Assembly: GCA_022703585.1 (NCBI GenBank)
Contig: JAKLDJ010000001.1
Location: 310,891 to 374,890, forward strand
DNA length: 64,000 nt
Direction: 5' to 3'
DNA from: Candidatus Omnitrophota bacterium
Lineage (GTDB): Bacteria; Omnitrophota; Gorgyraeia; Zapsychrales; JAKLDJ01
The notes below the pieces were generated by a model, which did no database searches, was not told the DNA's origin, and was given only the letters and a program-made list of their open reading frames with translations. The translations under genes were made by a program, and so were the position numbers. Of the stretch, positions 13,001-28,000 are shown in pieces (the first letter of the stretch is position 1; every line of letters starts with the position of its first letter).

Positions 13001-16000
13001 ATTACAGGTGACGGCTTCTCTGCTCATACACATTCTCTTATAAAGATCCTCCATGCTGCGATCTTTCGGGACCATTCTCCCTTGTCTTCTGGACAAGGTA
13101 GCCGCCTGAGAGGTATAAATCCTGGCCATTCTCCAATTCGTATCACAATAACGTCCGGTTAATATACCGCGATAGCCGCCGGTTATTTTCTTTTCTATAT
13201 TTCTTAAGAAAGTTTTCCAAGCGTCATACGCCGGGGCGGGCTGATCAACCAACACATCGTGAGAATAAAGCACAAGATTCTTGAGAGTCGCAAGCGGAAA
13301 TATCTTTCGAAAGGCCTGTATGACCTCCGCCATCTTTTCATAAATCAATTCTTCGTTTTGCCCCAACTTGGCCGCAAATCGTTTTACTTTATCGGTGTCC
13401 CAGCTTAAGACAACTTGGATATCATTCCCAAACATGTCTTTTAGCCTGGTAAAGAACTCTTCGACTTGCCCCGGGGTACTTTGGATAAACCAGAATCCGT
13501 GTGTGATAAAACCGAATGGGATCTGTTGATCTTTGCACGCTTCGGCTACGGCCCAAAACGATTCAAAATCATCCAGCGTATCTTCACCCGCCAGGTAAAT
13601 CTTGGCGAAGCCCATGGCAATAATTTCACTAAGGATACCGGAAATATATTGCCTCATTTCCGCTTCCTTTAGGGCTATGGGTTGATGTGTGCTTAATCTT
13701 GCCGCTAACGCAGCACTTTTTGCGTAACAATACGAGCAAGCCCCCGAGCAATGTGTCCTTGCCTTCGGATGAGAGGAGTCAATCTTGCGGTTATTTTGTA
13801 TGACAAAGGTTCCTTCCTTCGCAGGAACCGATAAATCTCCTGAATAAGAAACCTGCGCTAATAATTTCCTAATTTCCGATATGCCGGCCCCTAAGGAAAT
13901 CATTTCCCCTTCTTCCTCAACCCGTCCGGAGAGGAACACTGCGGTAAGAATCACGCTTAAGCTATTCGCAAATACCGGCATCACGGCCAAGATCTCGATA
14001 ACCGGCAGCAGGGCACTGACTTCACCGTCCGACGAACGGCTGCCTGTGCTCTTCTTGCCGTCATGCACGGTTGGTGTGAGCCTTTGATTGCTCTCTTTTA
14101 AACCGAGCAGGGTATTTTCCGCTTCGTCAATAACCTCGATGATTTTAAAGGTAACTTCGGCAGGCCGGGAAAGAAGCTTCTCCAAAATAACACTGTCGCA
14201 CAGCATGCGCCTTACCTCGGCCACGACAGCTTTGGTGTCAATATCCTGCCGGCCTAACCCCTGCCTTCGCTCCTTAGCCGCCCGGCTGGTCCTATACCAG
14301 TTCAGTTTGTTGTCAATATCTTCAAACGCTTTCAGCGGTTTACCGACCCGGTCCGCCAGGTTCTTGGTATTTCTCTGGCCAATATATTTATTCATCAAAT
14401 TCTTAATCACCGCGCCGAAGGCAGGACATTGATTCGCGGCCGCCAGGACCCTATCCACTAGCTCTTTATCGAAAGCGACACTCTTTAAAAGTTCCGGCAA
14501 GTCCAGTTCATAGCTAGCGTCCACCCGAACTTTTAAGTCCCTTAAAGCGAATCCGGCTGTCAGAAGTTTGAAGCTGATACTTAAATACAATTCGCTAAAG
14601 TCATAGATGATAACATCCGGCGCTTTCTTTTCCCCTCGCTTGACCGAACTTGTGACTTGCCGGGTGGGAAATAGTTTTGAGTCAATCATAAAATCATAAA
14701 TGGCCTTTTTTGCCGCTTCCGGCAGGTTTTCAACCGGTCCGCGGCGCAAAAGAAGCTCCAGGGCTTTCTTTCCACGTTCAAGACGATTCCTCGAACCGGA
14801 CGGCTCGAGTTTTTCGGTAATCTTTAATTGAGCCCTTAAGGACTTGGCCCGGCTCTTATCCTCCACGCTGATCATCTCCGGCGTTAATCCCTGGCCAAGA
14901 ACAACATTAAGCACCACACCTGTTTTTAAGGGAATATCCTGCCGCCACAGCTGGCCTTTTTCGATGCCCGGCACGGTAACCGGGCTATCCGTTGACAGCA
15001 TAAATCCGGAATACTTTTCGTCAATCCTCACCTTGGGGTGAAAAGCCAGGTCATAAACCGAAGCGCCCCAGGGTAATTCAATAACAGAAAGCGTATCCGT
15101 CACTAAAACCACGAAAATTCTTTCGCGCTTCATTTCGGCTTCGTAAAGTTTTTTAAAGTTCTGTTCGGCGTCGCTGCCCAGGCCCAGATCGGCAGGATCG
15201 GCCTTAAAAATCTGGTTGAACCCTAAGGCATTAAGGATGCCTTGTAATTTGTATAACCAGTGGGCCAAGGTGACGCCATTATGATCCTGGTATCCGTAGC
15301 GGTATTTAGCATAATTCTCATGATCCATGACTTGAATTTCCCAGGGCCTATTGTGGCTGTCCCTGTAGGTGATCCGTGCGGATTTGTAGTTCTTTTTATC
15401 CTGGGGAGTGCCGGTAAATTCGGCATACGGCCTGACGCCTTCGGCAGAAAGCTCTTCCATGACCCGGGTAAAGGCCCTGTCATAATGATTGGCAATGATC
15501 ATGACCCTTAATAAATCATCCAGGGCGGCAATGGATTTAAATCTGGGCTTGCGGGATGACATCGCCTTTTCATGCGTACCCCAGATGCCTTTCATGTTGA
15601 CTTCAACGGTCGTCGGTGTTTCTTCTTGAGCTGACGTCCGCATAACTCTGCGCCAACGAATCTCCTGGCGTCTGAGCACCGGTTTAAGTTCTGCTAATGA
15701 CCTGACATCCAGAACCTTACACATGATAGCCTCTGTTGTCCTGAACTGCAGGTCATTGTCAATAGCAAATACCCGGTCTTGCAATTCTCGGACGATCGCG
15801 TGAAAACCCATTCTTTGCCAGAGCGGGATAAAGACATGCTCCATTAATCCGATAACAGCTTTTTTCTTTGATTTCTCGACCCTGAATAAGTTGCAGTAGG
15901 CATCGCAAGACGCGAGCATCCTGACCCTGGGATTGCCCTCGGTTAACTGCAGAATCATCTCCATGTAATTCGGGACGGTATCGTCGGTTCCAAACGCCTG

Positions 16001-19000
16001 GATACGGCCGTCAATATAGACATTCTCGGCGTTAATGATCCTGGCCTCAAGAATAATTTCGGACATTAACCGGATATCCTTTTTCCTCTCCGGTAATGCC
16101 CCGGCCAAATCTTTTAAGATAGCCTTCCGTTGCTCATTGGTAATCGTAGCAGCATGCAGTAAAGCGGCGGCAATAACAACATCATCGCCGCCCCATCCGG
16201 CGAGGATCTGGGAAACCGTCAAAACATGTCTTACGGTATTTCTGTCAATCAAAGAGCCTCTAAGAAGCCTGTGAGTCTCTCTGATCAATGCGGGATCTAC
16301 GCCGGGATACTGGCGGTTGAATTTCTTTAATATTTCGGAGATGCTCGGCGAACTTTCTATCCGTCCCGCCAGCGTCATCCCTAAACTAAGCATGAGCCCG
16401 AGAAGTTCAAGGCCGGGGATAAGGGCCGTCATGGATTCCCCGTTATTTTTATCGTTTTCAAGCAGGGATTGCGAAAGAGATGCGTTGGCGGCCCGCGCAA
16501 ACTCTACCCGGGCGTCAAATTCATCAAGATAAATGGACGACGCCGGCAAGACAACCGGGCTGCCGGCTACTACTTTACCTGCTGTCGGATAAATCTTAAT
16601 AGCCGTCACCTGCACCGGAGTGCCGCGATGATAGATTTTAAGAACAAGGTATCCGCTCATCCTGACGCGGGGTTCGGACTCATACATCCTGACATCATAC
16701 ACAATCGTCTCGCCGGCTTTGATCGTGCCTTGCTTCCCAGCGGCATCGGTGATAACAAAAATCGAGGTTGTCACCATATCAATCGCGGCGTTGGCCACAG
16801 CCGGCACCGGTACAACGCTTTCGCCTTGAGGTGTTCCCGCAATCCGCGCTGACTCCGCCCGGGCATCAGAGAGGTCAGTATACAAACACTCCATCGACAG
16901 CCAGGGGCCGGTTTTAGTTTGAATCCGGACCTGGCCTTCCACAAGTTTGATACCCGTAATCACAAAGGTGCCGATGGCACCGTCAGAAGAATTGACAAAA
17001 TAAGTCTCGCTGCCCACAGAAAGGGTAACCAATCGGCCGGCTTTATCAGTGAGCGGAGCCGACTTTACGGAAACTAAAGTTAACCAACGCAGAGAATCGT
17101 TTGGATTGATACACAATTCATTAAGGGGATATACGCCGGCAGCGGTCCCGGCATATTCGGTTTCAATAAAGACCTGCCCTTCTCTAAGGAGAATGTTTTT
17201 AATGTCAAAAGGAATGATAATGCTTTTCTCATCGCCCGAACGGCTGGCTAAAGCCTCGCGCGAGTGGATTGCCCTATAAACCTTAATGCCTTTTCCGACA
17301 GAAAGAGGAATTGCTCGTCCGGCCTTGTCGGTAAAGAACGTGGTTTCTTTCCCGGCCAAAGCCTGCTGCTTGGTCATCCGGGCAGATTTATTGAAACGAA
17401 ATGCCGACGACGCGAGAGCCGCCAGCGCACCTAATACAATTTTAATCTTTTTGAGAGAAATCAAACGGCCGGTTGATTGAGCGGTAACGGCAGGCATCGC
17501 TACCGCCGGTGTGTCGACTGCGGCAGGCGCGGGCTGTGTCCGGACACCGGGCAAGCGCAAGTGACCGAAATGATCGCTTTCCCTTACAGGCTCCATACTG
17601 ATTTTCCTGGCAGCTGCCATGGCATCATTAACATCAAAGAACAGAGAATACGGATGCAAAATGACCGACCTGCGGGTTTTGGCTTCAATGGCCTCGATTC
17701 TAATCGTATCAAAATTATAAATCGCCGTGATAATATAATCGCGAACCTTGGAGCCGCGGACAGGTTCTTCGGTATAAACAACACCATAAACAATTCTACC
17801 GACCCATACCTTATCTTGCTTTCCGGCGGCATCGGTGATGGAGAGTTCGTTCTCGGCAAATGCCAGCTTAGATGCCCCTGAACTGTAAGAAATTTCTTCC
17901 CGGACGTCCTGCTTGGACTCATCCCTTGATCCATCCTTGCGAGAAGACATAAACAGTGCCAGCGATGTGATGCCGAGCACAATTCCCGCAACGAGAGCGA
18001 TGATTCCGGAATGATTCGTCGCCGGTTCATTCACGACAACTTTTTCCGCTTCCGCGGCTTTGGCCGGGGCTTTGACCACGATTTCTTCCGCAAATTCTTC
18101 AGCGACTTGGACCGGGGCCTCGACCGAGGCAGCGGTTTGGGCAGGCTGCGCAATGGTAATTTTCTGGCCGGCAAAAATACGGTCCATGCCCTCGCAAGAT
18201 ACTGCACCCGTCGCCTGTCGCCAGAATTCGCATACTTTTCCGTTATCGCCCCAGAGCCGGCCTACAGGCTTGCCGGTTTGTTTTAAGTAATCAACGGTGA
18301 TCTCGCCCCAGGTATCATTCTTTTCAACAATAATCTCCTCGATCCGGCCGGTTTCGTCGCGGACAAATTCCGCGGCGCGGGCCGTGGACGGCGCGGTAAA
18401 GGCAAGCGTAACCAAGGCAAATAGTACGGCGAGAGACAATTTCAACTTATTTTTGCTGAAGCGTAAGTTGGTACCGAATCTAAATGCACGGGACGCTTCG
18501 ATATTAATCTTGGAATCCCTTGTCACTTTTCCGGAATTTTCTCTCAGGGAATTTTCAAACTCCTCGACATATTTAGAGTAGGCATAAACCGGCGATCTGG
18601 CACCGTTAACAAAACGCACGGAAATGCCTTCCCGCCCGAACACTTCGAATATCTCTTTTATCTTGTGCGCAATCTCTCCCTGCGAAGGTTGATAATCAAC
18701 CATCCCCGAAGGTACATGGCTCGCCCCGGCTAATCTGCGGGACGTGAAATAATCCAGATCAAAACTAAGGATCACTCCGTTTCTAAATACTTCTTTGTAG
18801 GCTGCGATAACAGCAGCAATATCTTCCGTGATGAAACAGAATGCGCTTGTTTCCCCAAGTAACATGCGCCCATAAAATGGATGGATCCAGAAAATATCCC
18901 CAACAAGATTAAGTTTCTTGATGTCAGTTACCCAGCTGCCACTCCAGCAAAATAAAGGAGCATTGTCACTGTGCAAATCAAAAAAGACAACAGGCAGGCC

Positions 19001-22000
19001 CCGTGGGATTTCACGATTAACAACAGCATCTTTAATGTCACCGATAATATTCTCATGCTCATCGTGGATCGCAACGGCTCTGAGCAGCCTCTTAAAATTG
19101 AAGGCCGCCTCGACTTTCTCAATTCCTCCAGCCACGGATGGAGATTGAGTTGTCGAGAGCGGCCTGTTGATTTGTCTTTGGCCCGTCAATCCCGCCTGTT
19201 GGCGGGGTTGACGAGGTCTCGTCATCCCGTCGTCTCGTCGGGATGACGGATCTTTAGTCTTTAGTCTTCGGTCTTTAACGGCTTTTAGCGCTAAATACGT
19301 CACAATCCCTGCAATCAAAAGAATGCCAAGCGCAAAAGCAATTTGAGCCAAGCCGACACTGCTCACCCCACTCACACCTAAAGCAAACGGCGTGACAAAC
19401 ATCGGCATGGGGTTAATGCCTTTAAGACCTTCCGGCCCCTTGGGCGCTTCGGGAATACTGGCCGGAGCAGCCGGGAGTTGCGCCTCAGGCGCCGGAGCCG
19501 GCATAACAGGATTGCTGACACTGCCGTCGGCGGAAGAAGCGGACTGCCCTTGGTCGACCTCGCTAAGAGCATTCAACCGCAAGACTAATTTTTCGACAAA
19601 ATCCATGATCGCAAGATTAAGCGTCATTTTATCGGATAAGTCGGAAAGGCTTTTCATTTCCTTCTTGAATAAAACAATCCGCGACCTGACGGGCCTTAAG
19701 TAAGGGGTGTGTTTAATTCTAAAGATGCTTTGCAAATAATTCAATATGTCCCCTTCGCCGTGAACGTTATAGGAATGGAAAGATAAAACCCATGTGCCTT
19801 GCGACAAGGTGCGAATATACTTAAACCCTTCGGCAAAACTCTTTAATCCGGAGCCGCTTCTATAAATTTCGACATTCTCATCTCGCGCCGGATCATGTTT
19901 ATATCTCCAGGTAAATCCGGAGCCGCGATGGGACAGCAAATCTTGGGCCTGCTCTCTGGTCATGGAAATAGTATTAAAGAATTCTTCCAGCGTCTGCCTT
20001 TGTTCAATAACGGCGTTCCATATCTTTATATGAGCCCGGGCCTGGCCCCGTTCAATATCCACCTTGGGCGAAGAAGCAAGGGCTTCAAACATACCGGTCG
20101 CGCGCGTTTCTTTTGTCCGGTATATTTCCCCTAACCAAATAAAACTATTCATCAGGCTCATAACCGACGGCCTTCTTCCCCCCATGGGCTGACGGCTGTA
20201 TTCGTTGGCGGAATATGCCACCAAATACCCGTTTAAGATCCTGAACTTACCTGACTTAAGGCCATCAACCAGGGCATCGTGTGCTATCCGGGGAGCAAAA
20301 ATATTTACCTCTTGGCCCTCTTGATCAACAATATTAAATAATTCCGGAATGGCCCCGCCCCAGACGCCGATCAAAAGCGCTCCGTTGGGGAGTGCCTTCA
20401 TCATGAAGGTGGATGAGGCCTCAAGAAATTCATCGGATAGCATGATCGTAGCGGCAACACCCCGGGCAATAATCGGGGCTTCATTGATATTGTAATTTTC
20501 GATAAAGGCCATTTGATTTTCCAGGCCATGCTCTTTGGCAGCGGCCTTGAGACCGTCAAAAAGGGCCCTTCCGCCATATTCAAATATGCGTCCGCCGATA
20601 ATTAACCGGCTATTCGAACTCTTAAAGTCTCTTAAGAAATCCTCGTTTTTAAACAACCTGAGCATCTCAGCGTATTTATCCGGCCCTTTGTAGGCAACCT
20701 GTCTTCTGACATTAGAGACCATAGGATGCGTTAAGACGGCATCGCGAAGGGAGCCGAATTGGGCGTCGATTTGTTTCCAAGCGGATTCATCCTGGGCCGT
20801 TTGTCTCAACAACGTCCCATAATCTTCGTAAGCCTGGCGGATATTTCCGTCATTAAACGCTGTCCCTTTAAGCGTTTCCTCAAGCCAGGTGGAGCCGCCC
20901 ATATCCTGAGTTTGATTATCTTTAAGCCACAATAACAATCCCAGGGCATAAAAGGCCTTGATGATTTCAAAGCGGAACTTAAATTCCTGGAGCAGCGGGG
21001 CATTTTTGTCTTCTTTTAAGGCGGCAAATAACACGCTGTCACTCTCTTCGAGGGCAATGCCTAATTTTGCCTTGAAACTATTGATTAATTCGCGGGTTTC
21101 TTCTGCCTGCCATTGATCGAATAGGGCGCCGTTTGTGCTTCGGAGTCCGCCCTGGTTATAACTGCGGATTTTGTCCCGATAGAGCGTGAAGACTTCCGTC
21201 CCTAGAACAGGCGTGTGCTCATAAACACCAACGCCGGTAATGACATCGACTGTCTGGCCGACGTATTCGACCATATCAATAACGCCGCCCCGGATGATAT
21301 AAGGCCTTAAAGCTTCCTCAAACCGAAGCATTTCATAGGCATAGGCAGGCGGCTGGTAGAGGCCCGGCTTCCAGACCGTGTGGTTGATATGATGCCGGAC
21401 GGCTTCCGGGAACAGATATTTGGGGCCGCTGACAAAAAGTTCATTCTCGATAAATAAGATGTTGGATTTGGCAAGGCCCCGGCGCTGCAATTCCTTAAGA
21501 AGCAACTGGGACATCTCGTTATAAACCGCCATATGGACAACCCGGTAATCGGAATCGGGGTAGAGCTCATCAAAGATATAAACTTTCTGATCCCCATCAA
21601 AATAATAGGCATCGCCGTAATAAAGCGGCGCGCGGCCGAATTTTGTTTCCGCGTAATAGATGTCCGCGTAAATCGTCTTACCAATAATCCTCTTGGAGCG
21701 AGGGTCACTGGCATAATTCTTAAACACATGGTCAACCAGGTTAAAGGTCAGAGTAATATCCGTTTTGACCAGGATCTCTCTTAACGCGCTGCCCAAAGTT
21801 TGGCCTTCGGGTAACGGCGGCAGGTTGATAACGACGCCCTTGATGTCATTGTTATACAGCGGATGAATCGCGATATTGTCAGCGCCATTCTTCTTCCAGC
21901 CGACCACCAGGTCGTGCATGAGGGCCCCCAAGCCGCCGGTCATCGTCAACTGGGCGATAAAGCTGGTTAACCGCCCCACCCTTTTTTCTAATTTATCCAG

Positions 22001-25000
22001 GAGCCCGCGGTCAATTCCGGCCTCAAACTGCAAGCTAACAACAGAATAATCTTTAAGCGCCGGCGCCTCCCGCTCAAACCAGGAAAGCCCGCCCATGACC
22101 GGAAGGAAAATCAAAGGCAGTAACGCAAACGGCATAAACGCGCCGAGATATTCAGAACTCTCCCCTTCGACCGCCCATTTCTCTTCTTCGGTTTTATCGA
22201 GCAACCATTCCTTGGTTATCCTTAGTCCTTCTTCCAGACCGGTTAGGTCGCTTAAAGATAAGTTAAATACACGTTGCATGCGTGTCGTATCAAAGGTCAA
22301 GGCTGGCGGAACCACAAGCCCTAGACTCCTCATCTTTTCTTCGCTCATCGCCTCAACCGCGACAGGAGAATTTATGACTTTCTTGATTGCCAAAAGAAGC
22401 CGCTCTTGGGTAGTCGAGGCAGGGTCGGCCACGATAATAATCCGGCCGGAATCGGTTTGCTCGCGGCTTGCAGCGGCCGTGAGCAGTTTAATCAAGTCGC
22501 CGACATAGATGTAGCTATTTTGCCTGCCCGGAATAAATGTCATGCGTGCCTGTCCGTCGGCCCGGGCCATTTCCCGTATGAACTTGGGAACGACCCGGTC
22601 AGTTTCATCACCCGGGCCATAGACATTAGCAAATCTAAGAGCCTGGCCATGCGATGAATCGACAACAAACCGCTCAGCCAAAAGTTTTGTCAATGAATAC
22701 AGCCCAGGGCCTTTACTAAAGGCAGCGGGCAAAGATTCGGACGGGGACAACAACCATGCGCCCCTGTGCGTCATTTCCGCTAATATGCGATCCCGTGCCT
22801 GCGCGACAATGCCGTAATAGCGCTCCAGCAGGTTCTCAGTATCCGGGAGAAGGTGCAAATCGGCCTCGGTAACAACGCCTTCTTTTATGGTGCCCAGTTG
22901 ATAGAAATGCACCGTCGAGGCAAAGATAAACCGTTTGTTTTGCTGGCCTGCTAACCGGGCCAGAACGGCGGTGGAAACCGCGTTAACCGCGAGAGCCTGC
23001 TCGGGGCTTATGTCTCCTAATCCGCTCCAACCGCCCAGATGGAATATCACATCACTGACGCCGACCAACCGATCCAGGGCCTCGGCATCGGTCAAGTCAC
23101 CTTCGATAAGACGAACCCTCGGATGGCCGGCAGCCAATTTCTGCCGCGTCGCGCCGTTGGTCTTTCGCGCAAGCAGGTGCAGAATACCCGTGTCGGATTG
23201 TTTCAATAATAATCGGATAAGCTGTGAACCAACGGCACCCGTCGCGCCGGTAATGCCGTAGTTCATCTTTTTCTCTTCCTTAACCATCGCCGCCAGGGCG
23301 AAGAAGGTTGTCAATATCTCAAAACCAGGCAGCACGAACGCGCCGAGGCGGCCTTCGCCGTCATCCTCGTCTCCCTCGACCAAGGCCCTTAGGTCAACCT
23401 CCGAATACGCCGACATCCTGGATAAGTCAAAGATGATGTTGCCCTCCGACTGGGCCGTCTCGGCGTTTTCGAACGCGAAAACCAGCATCCCATCGGCCAG
23501 GCGGACATCAGTGATTTTCGAATTCTTAAATTGCTGAATAATCCTATAAGGAAACGCCTTAACCATGATTTGAGGCAGTGTCTCCCGGGCCCTTTGAGCG
23601 AGTTCTTCGGAGGTAACAAACCGGTGGCTGATAAAGTTTCCGCCAGTACCTCTTTCGCCGCCGACCACCGGGACCATATCTCCGACAAACCCGACAAAAT
23701 CCCTGAAATAAAACATGGCATTGTAGCCTGCCTTGGCCAGCAATATGAGTATGGCGATGGCAATGTCCCGGCGCTTCGTATCCGGAATCAAATCCCTTAA
23801 ACTCTTCTCGTCGTAATTTGAGGCAAACAGAGTTTCGGTCAAGGCCGCCAGGTCATTAGTAAGAACCCATTTTAGGGCAGCCGCCAAACCATTCGCATTG
23901 CCGGTTACTACTTCATGCATAAAGCTCTTGAAATAGGTCTTAAAAGCGGCATATTCACTATCGGCATTCCAGCCCCGGAAGCGATCCCGATGATGCTGTT
24001 CATACGTTTCCAGGAGAAAATCGATTTTTCTGCCGTAGGTACTCACCGCGTAAAAGATAGCGGTTAAGAGCACACCCTTCATGAAAGAATAATCATCGCC
24101 ATTGGTTAGGCTGTGCAATTCATGCATCAAATCGACCCTGAAGCCGTCAACGCCCAAATCGATAAAGTAGTTTAAGTAGTCGGAATAAATCTTTGCCCAA
24201 TATTCTCCCTGGTCTAAATCCGGATATAACTGATCCTGGGCTTCGCCGCGGTAATAGACAAAAGCCTTGCGGCCGTCTTTAAGGTGCAGGATAATTCCGC
24301 CTTTATTCTCTTGGAATATAGCCTCATCACTCGTATCAATGTCATAAAGTTCTTTGCGGTGAGCAAAATAACGATAGTTGTCTTCAGTCAAAGCCTCCGG
24401 CGATAACCAGGGTTCAAAGTCGACAATAACTCTTTGGCCGCGCGCCTGGACGCCCGCGATAATATCTCTGACGTCTTGCTCGGGATAAACCAGGCTCATA
24501 TCCGTTCTGGAGAAGAAATTACCGTTGCGCTCAAAAAGCCGGACGAGCTTGCCTTCATAAGAAACAATCTGCTTCTTCGTGGGATAGCCGATGACCATGG
24601 AAACGGTTGTGCCGCCCACCCTTAATGTCAACAGGATGCGGCAAGCTTCACCCCCAAAATGTTTCGCCTCAAGAATCTCTGTATCATCGCCTATATCAAA
24701 GTCCTTTTTTCTTTCCTGAAGATACGTTTTCAGATCCTCATCCTGCACATGCCTCATCTCTTCATAATCAAGGCCATGGACAAGCCGGGATGTGTACGAG
24801 GTTTTAAGCAGTCCGAATAGATACATCGTGGCTTTGATGCCGGTTCCTTTTAATAAATCGGCAATGCCGATGATATCGCGAACGGCCTTGGCCGGATGAA
24901 CGGTTAACTCTCCGGCCTGGTTGATCTCTGTTGCCGCGTCGAGAGTATTAACAATCAGTGTCAAGCCGCCGTCTCTTCTTAAATCGGCTACAGATGCCGG

Positions 25001-28000
25001 CACAATTCCTGTTTCTGCTCTTGCCAGAAAAGCAGCGGCCAAAACCGCATCTTCTGCGGGCTGTATTCTTTCTGCCCTGGCCGCGAAATCTTTAATCTCC
25101 GCAAGCCCTTCTTGTCTATCGCCGTCTATCGCCGCCAAAACCATCATCGGCACCAATGCCAGCATTTCGAATCCGGGCAACACGAACGCGGCGAGGGTAT
25201 CGTCTCCACGGGTTGTCGCATCCCCGGTTTCAGAATTGAACCAGGTGAGTATCCTGCGCGTCTCTGCTTCGCGTAACCGTGTCGACAGCCATTCCCGGGC
25301 CATAACGGGGTGCTCAATACGGAATTGCGCTGTCTCGGGTTCTTGAGCCAACTGGTTGATCTCGTTTAATACTGCCTGCGCATCCGTCATCAGGCGAGCG
25401 GCAATCTTGTCAATCTTTGCCGTATCGTCAGCCGCTGTCCCTTCGATAATTGCTTGACGGAAATGCACTGCCATGCGCATGGCTTCGTAGGCAACACCTT
25501 CTTGGAGAGTATTTTTATGGTCAACCAAGGATTCCAGGACGAGAATCGTGGCAGCCCCGAGGGAGCGAATGAGCGGTTCAAGGGTCCCTTCCAATCGGAT
25601 ACGGTAGACAGGCTTGTCACCGCCAAGTTCTTTGATGAGAAAGTTGATAAATTGGCGCGGGAACTGATAGATGCTATAAACAGTTTGGGCGGTGGCTATC
25701 AAATCTCCCAGGCTATCGGTATCCTTGCCGGTACGTTGACGATAAATACTTTTGAGTTCACCGCGCAGCATATCAATAAAATCATTTTCCACGGTGATGG
25801 CGATCGGCAGCTTGCCGGTCAAACGAATTTCCTTATAAAGAATGCGCTCAAACATCAGCCAGGCATGAAATTCAGCAAAACCCTCCATAAGCCAATGGAA
25901 TAATCTGTAGGCCTGTACGTTCAGACGCGGCTGCAAGGCATGATGGCGTTCGTGCAGCATAACCCAGGTCAGCCGAATGGGATCCGTAATCGTATCGTTA
26001 ATAAAATGCAGGTTTCGCGTGTCCCCGTTACGGTCGGTAATGGCCAGGAAGTGCCCTTGCGGTGCCTCGTCTGCATCGTCTATCAACGTCAAAGCCTGGC
26101 CTAAGGGTGTGTCATAGTTAAACAAAATAACGTTATACAAATTCATATGCCGCCTAAAGGCGCTGTTTAAAATGTTGGTAACGCTTCTTAAGACTTGCGT
26201 TTGCTGCGCCGTTGGGGCAATCGCTTCATCATTGATATGATGAATGAGCGAAATCACTTCAAGCACATCGCGGCTGCGCAAGTTATCCAAAAGCGCGACC
26301 ACTTTCTTTAATTCCGCTAACCGTTTTTGTTTCTCGACTAACAAACCATTATCGATCCGGGGATTCTTAAGATAAGTTTCTAATTCACCCACGCGATCGC
26401 TCCAGTATTCATAGTAGCTGTCCAGCGTCCCTTGCCGCTGCTCATTGCCCTCCGCCATCCCCAAGATCGGCGCTAGGGCGAAGAATAATAAAGGAAGGCC
26501 CGGCATAAATGAGGCGAGGACTTCGGCGCCGGATCTGTCAAAATTGCGGATTGAAGCAGCAATCAAATCTTTTGCGCCATATCCACTGTTTGCCTCAGCC
26601 GCATGGGGAAGAACATCCAATATCTCCTCCCAAAGTTCCTCTATGTGACCGTTTTGGATATCGGTAATACCATACACCTTATCCAAAATACCGGGTGCGC
26701 GCAGGCTTTCCCTTAATGCGCTTCTGACGCCACGAGCACCATATCCAGCATACACTAACCGGTGCCACTCATTCTCTTTCTGTCTAGTCACGAAGATACC
26801 TCGTGCGGCATTCAACGGAAGATCCTCATAAAAGATAACCTCGGTACCAACATTCTGGGCCAAGCCATGGTTGATTCTGCTCAAGGCAAAGGCCCCATCA
26901 TAGGCCACCAGCATCTTTTGCTGGCTCGTGCTGGCGGCAAAACGCTTCAGGGCTAATGAAGGCCGCATGCCAAAATAGATAGAACCGCGCGCCACGGTCC
27001 CGAGCCGATATCGTTTCAACTGGTCTACCGTTTCCTCGATATGGCCATTGGCATCTATACCTCTCGATCGGGCAAGACGAGCCAACCGATTTTTAATTCT
27101 CAAGAGAGTATGACTTTTCATTTTGGTCAACTCGTTTTCGGAAAAGCCAAGCAAAAGATGTCTAAATTCATCTTCAGTCAATTCAAAATCGGCCAAAAGA
27201 AGTTTCAGCCGGTCTCGATTGATCATAAGAGGATCACTGCTTAATTTTCTCTGAAGGATAACAACATCGGCACCATCATAAATACCGCGGAAGATATAGC
27301 CGTTTTTGGGTTGGAGTTGTTTGCTGGCATGTATCATACCCAGAGCCGGAAGGCTCATAAGTAAAGAAAAGACCTCCACGCCCGGCACAAACGCGGCGAG
27401 GGTGTCGTCTCTACGGGTTGCATCGTCCTTCCTGTCCCTATCATAAACCGCGTCAAGCATGTTCTTCAGTTGCCGAAGCTCCCGCACTCCCTCTAACAGC
27501 ATGTTCAAACGGGTAAAATTCCACAATACGATAACTTTGCATGTGAAACGCTGGATACTATTGAGCCTTTCGTCCTGGCAATTCTCTAACAGCGTCAACA
27601 AATTCCCCAGCTTGGTCTCTGTTCCGCTAAAACTGGTCAGGATCCTGCCGCAGAAATCATCTTCATCCCGGGCTCCTGTCCAATTTTTTCGTATCTCAGG
27701 GGTCCTGGTTCTGTCTTCAATCATTCCTTTACGTAAAGACGCGCAAAGTTCCCGGACTGCTTTTTGGTAGGCGGTGATCTCTTCTCTAATTTTCTTCGGT
27801 TCAAAAAATAAGAATGTGGTCAGAACGATGGCGAAATAACGGATATCGTCAATCACATTGACAACGCGGTATCTTATCCGGCGCGACAATATTGAAAGCG
27901 CAAGCGCGATCCCCAGTATTGCCGGCCAATAATTTTCAGCAAGATTGACCTCCCGGTCCATACCGAAAGCATTCGGAGGAAGAATCGCTGCTATCGTGAT

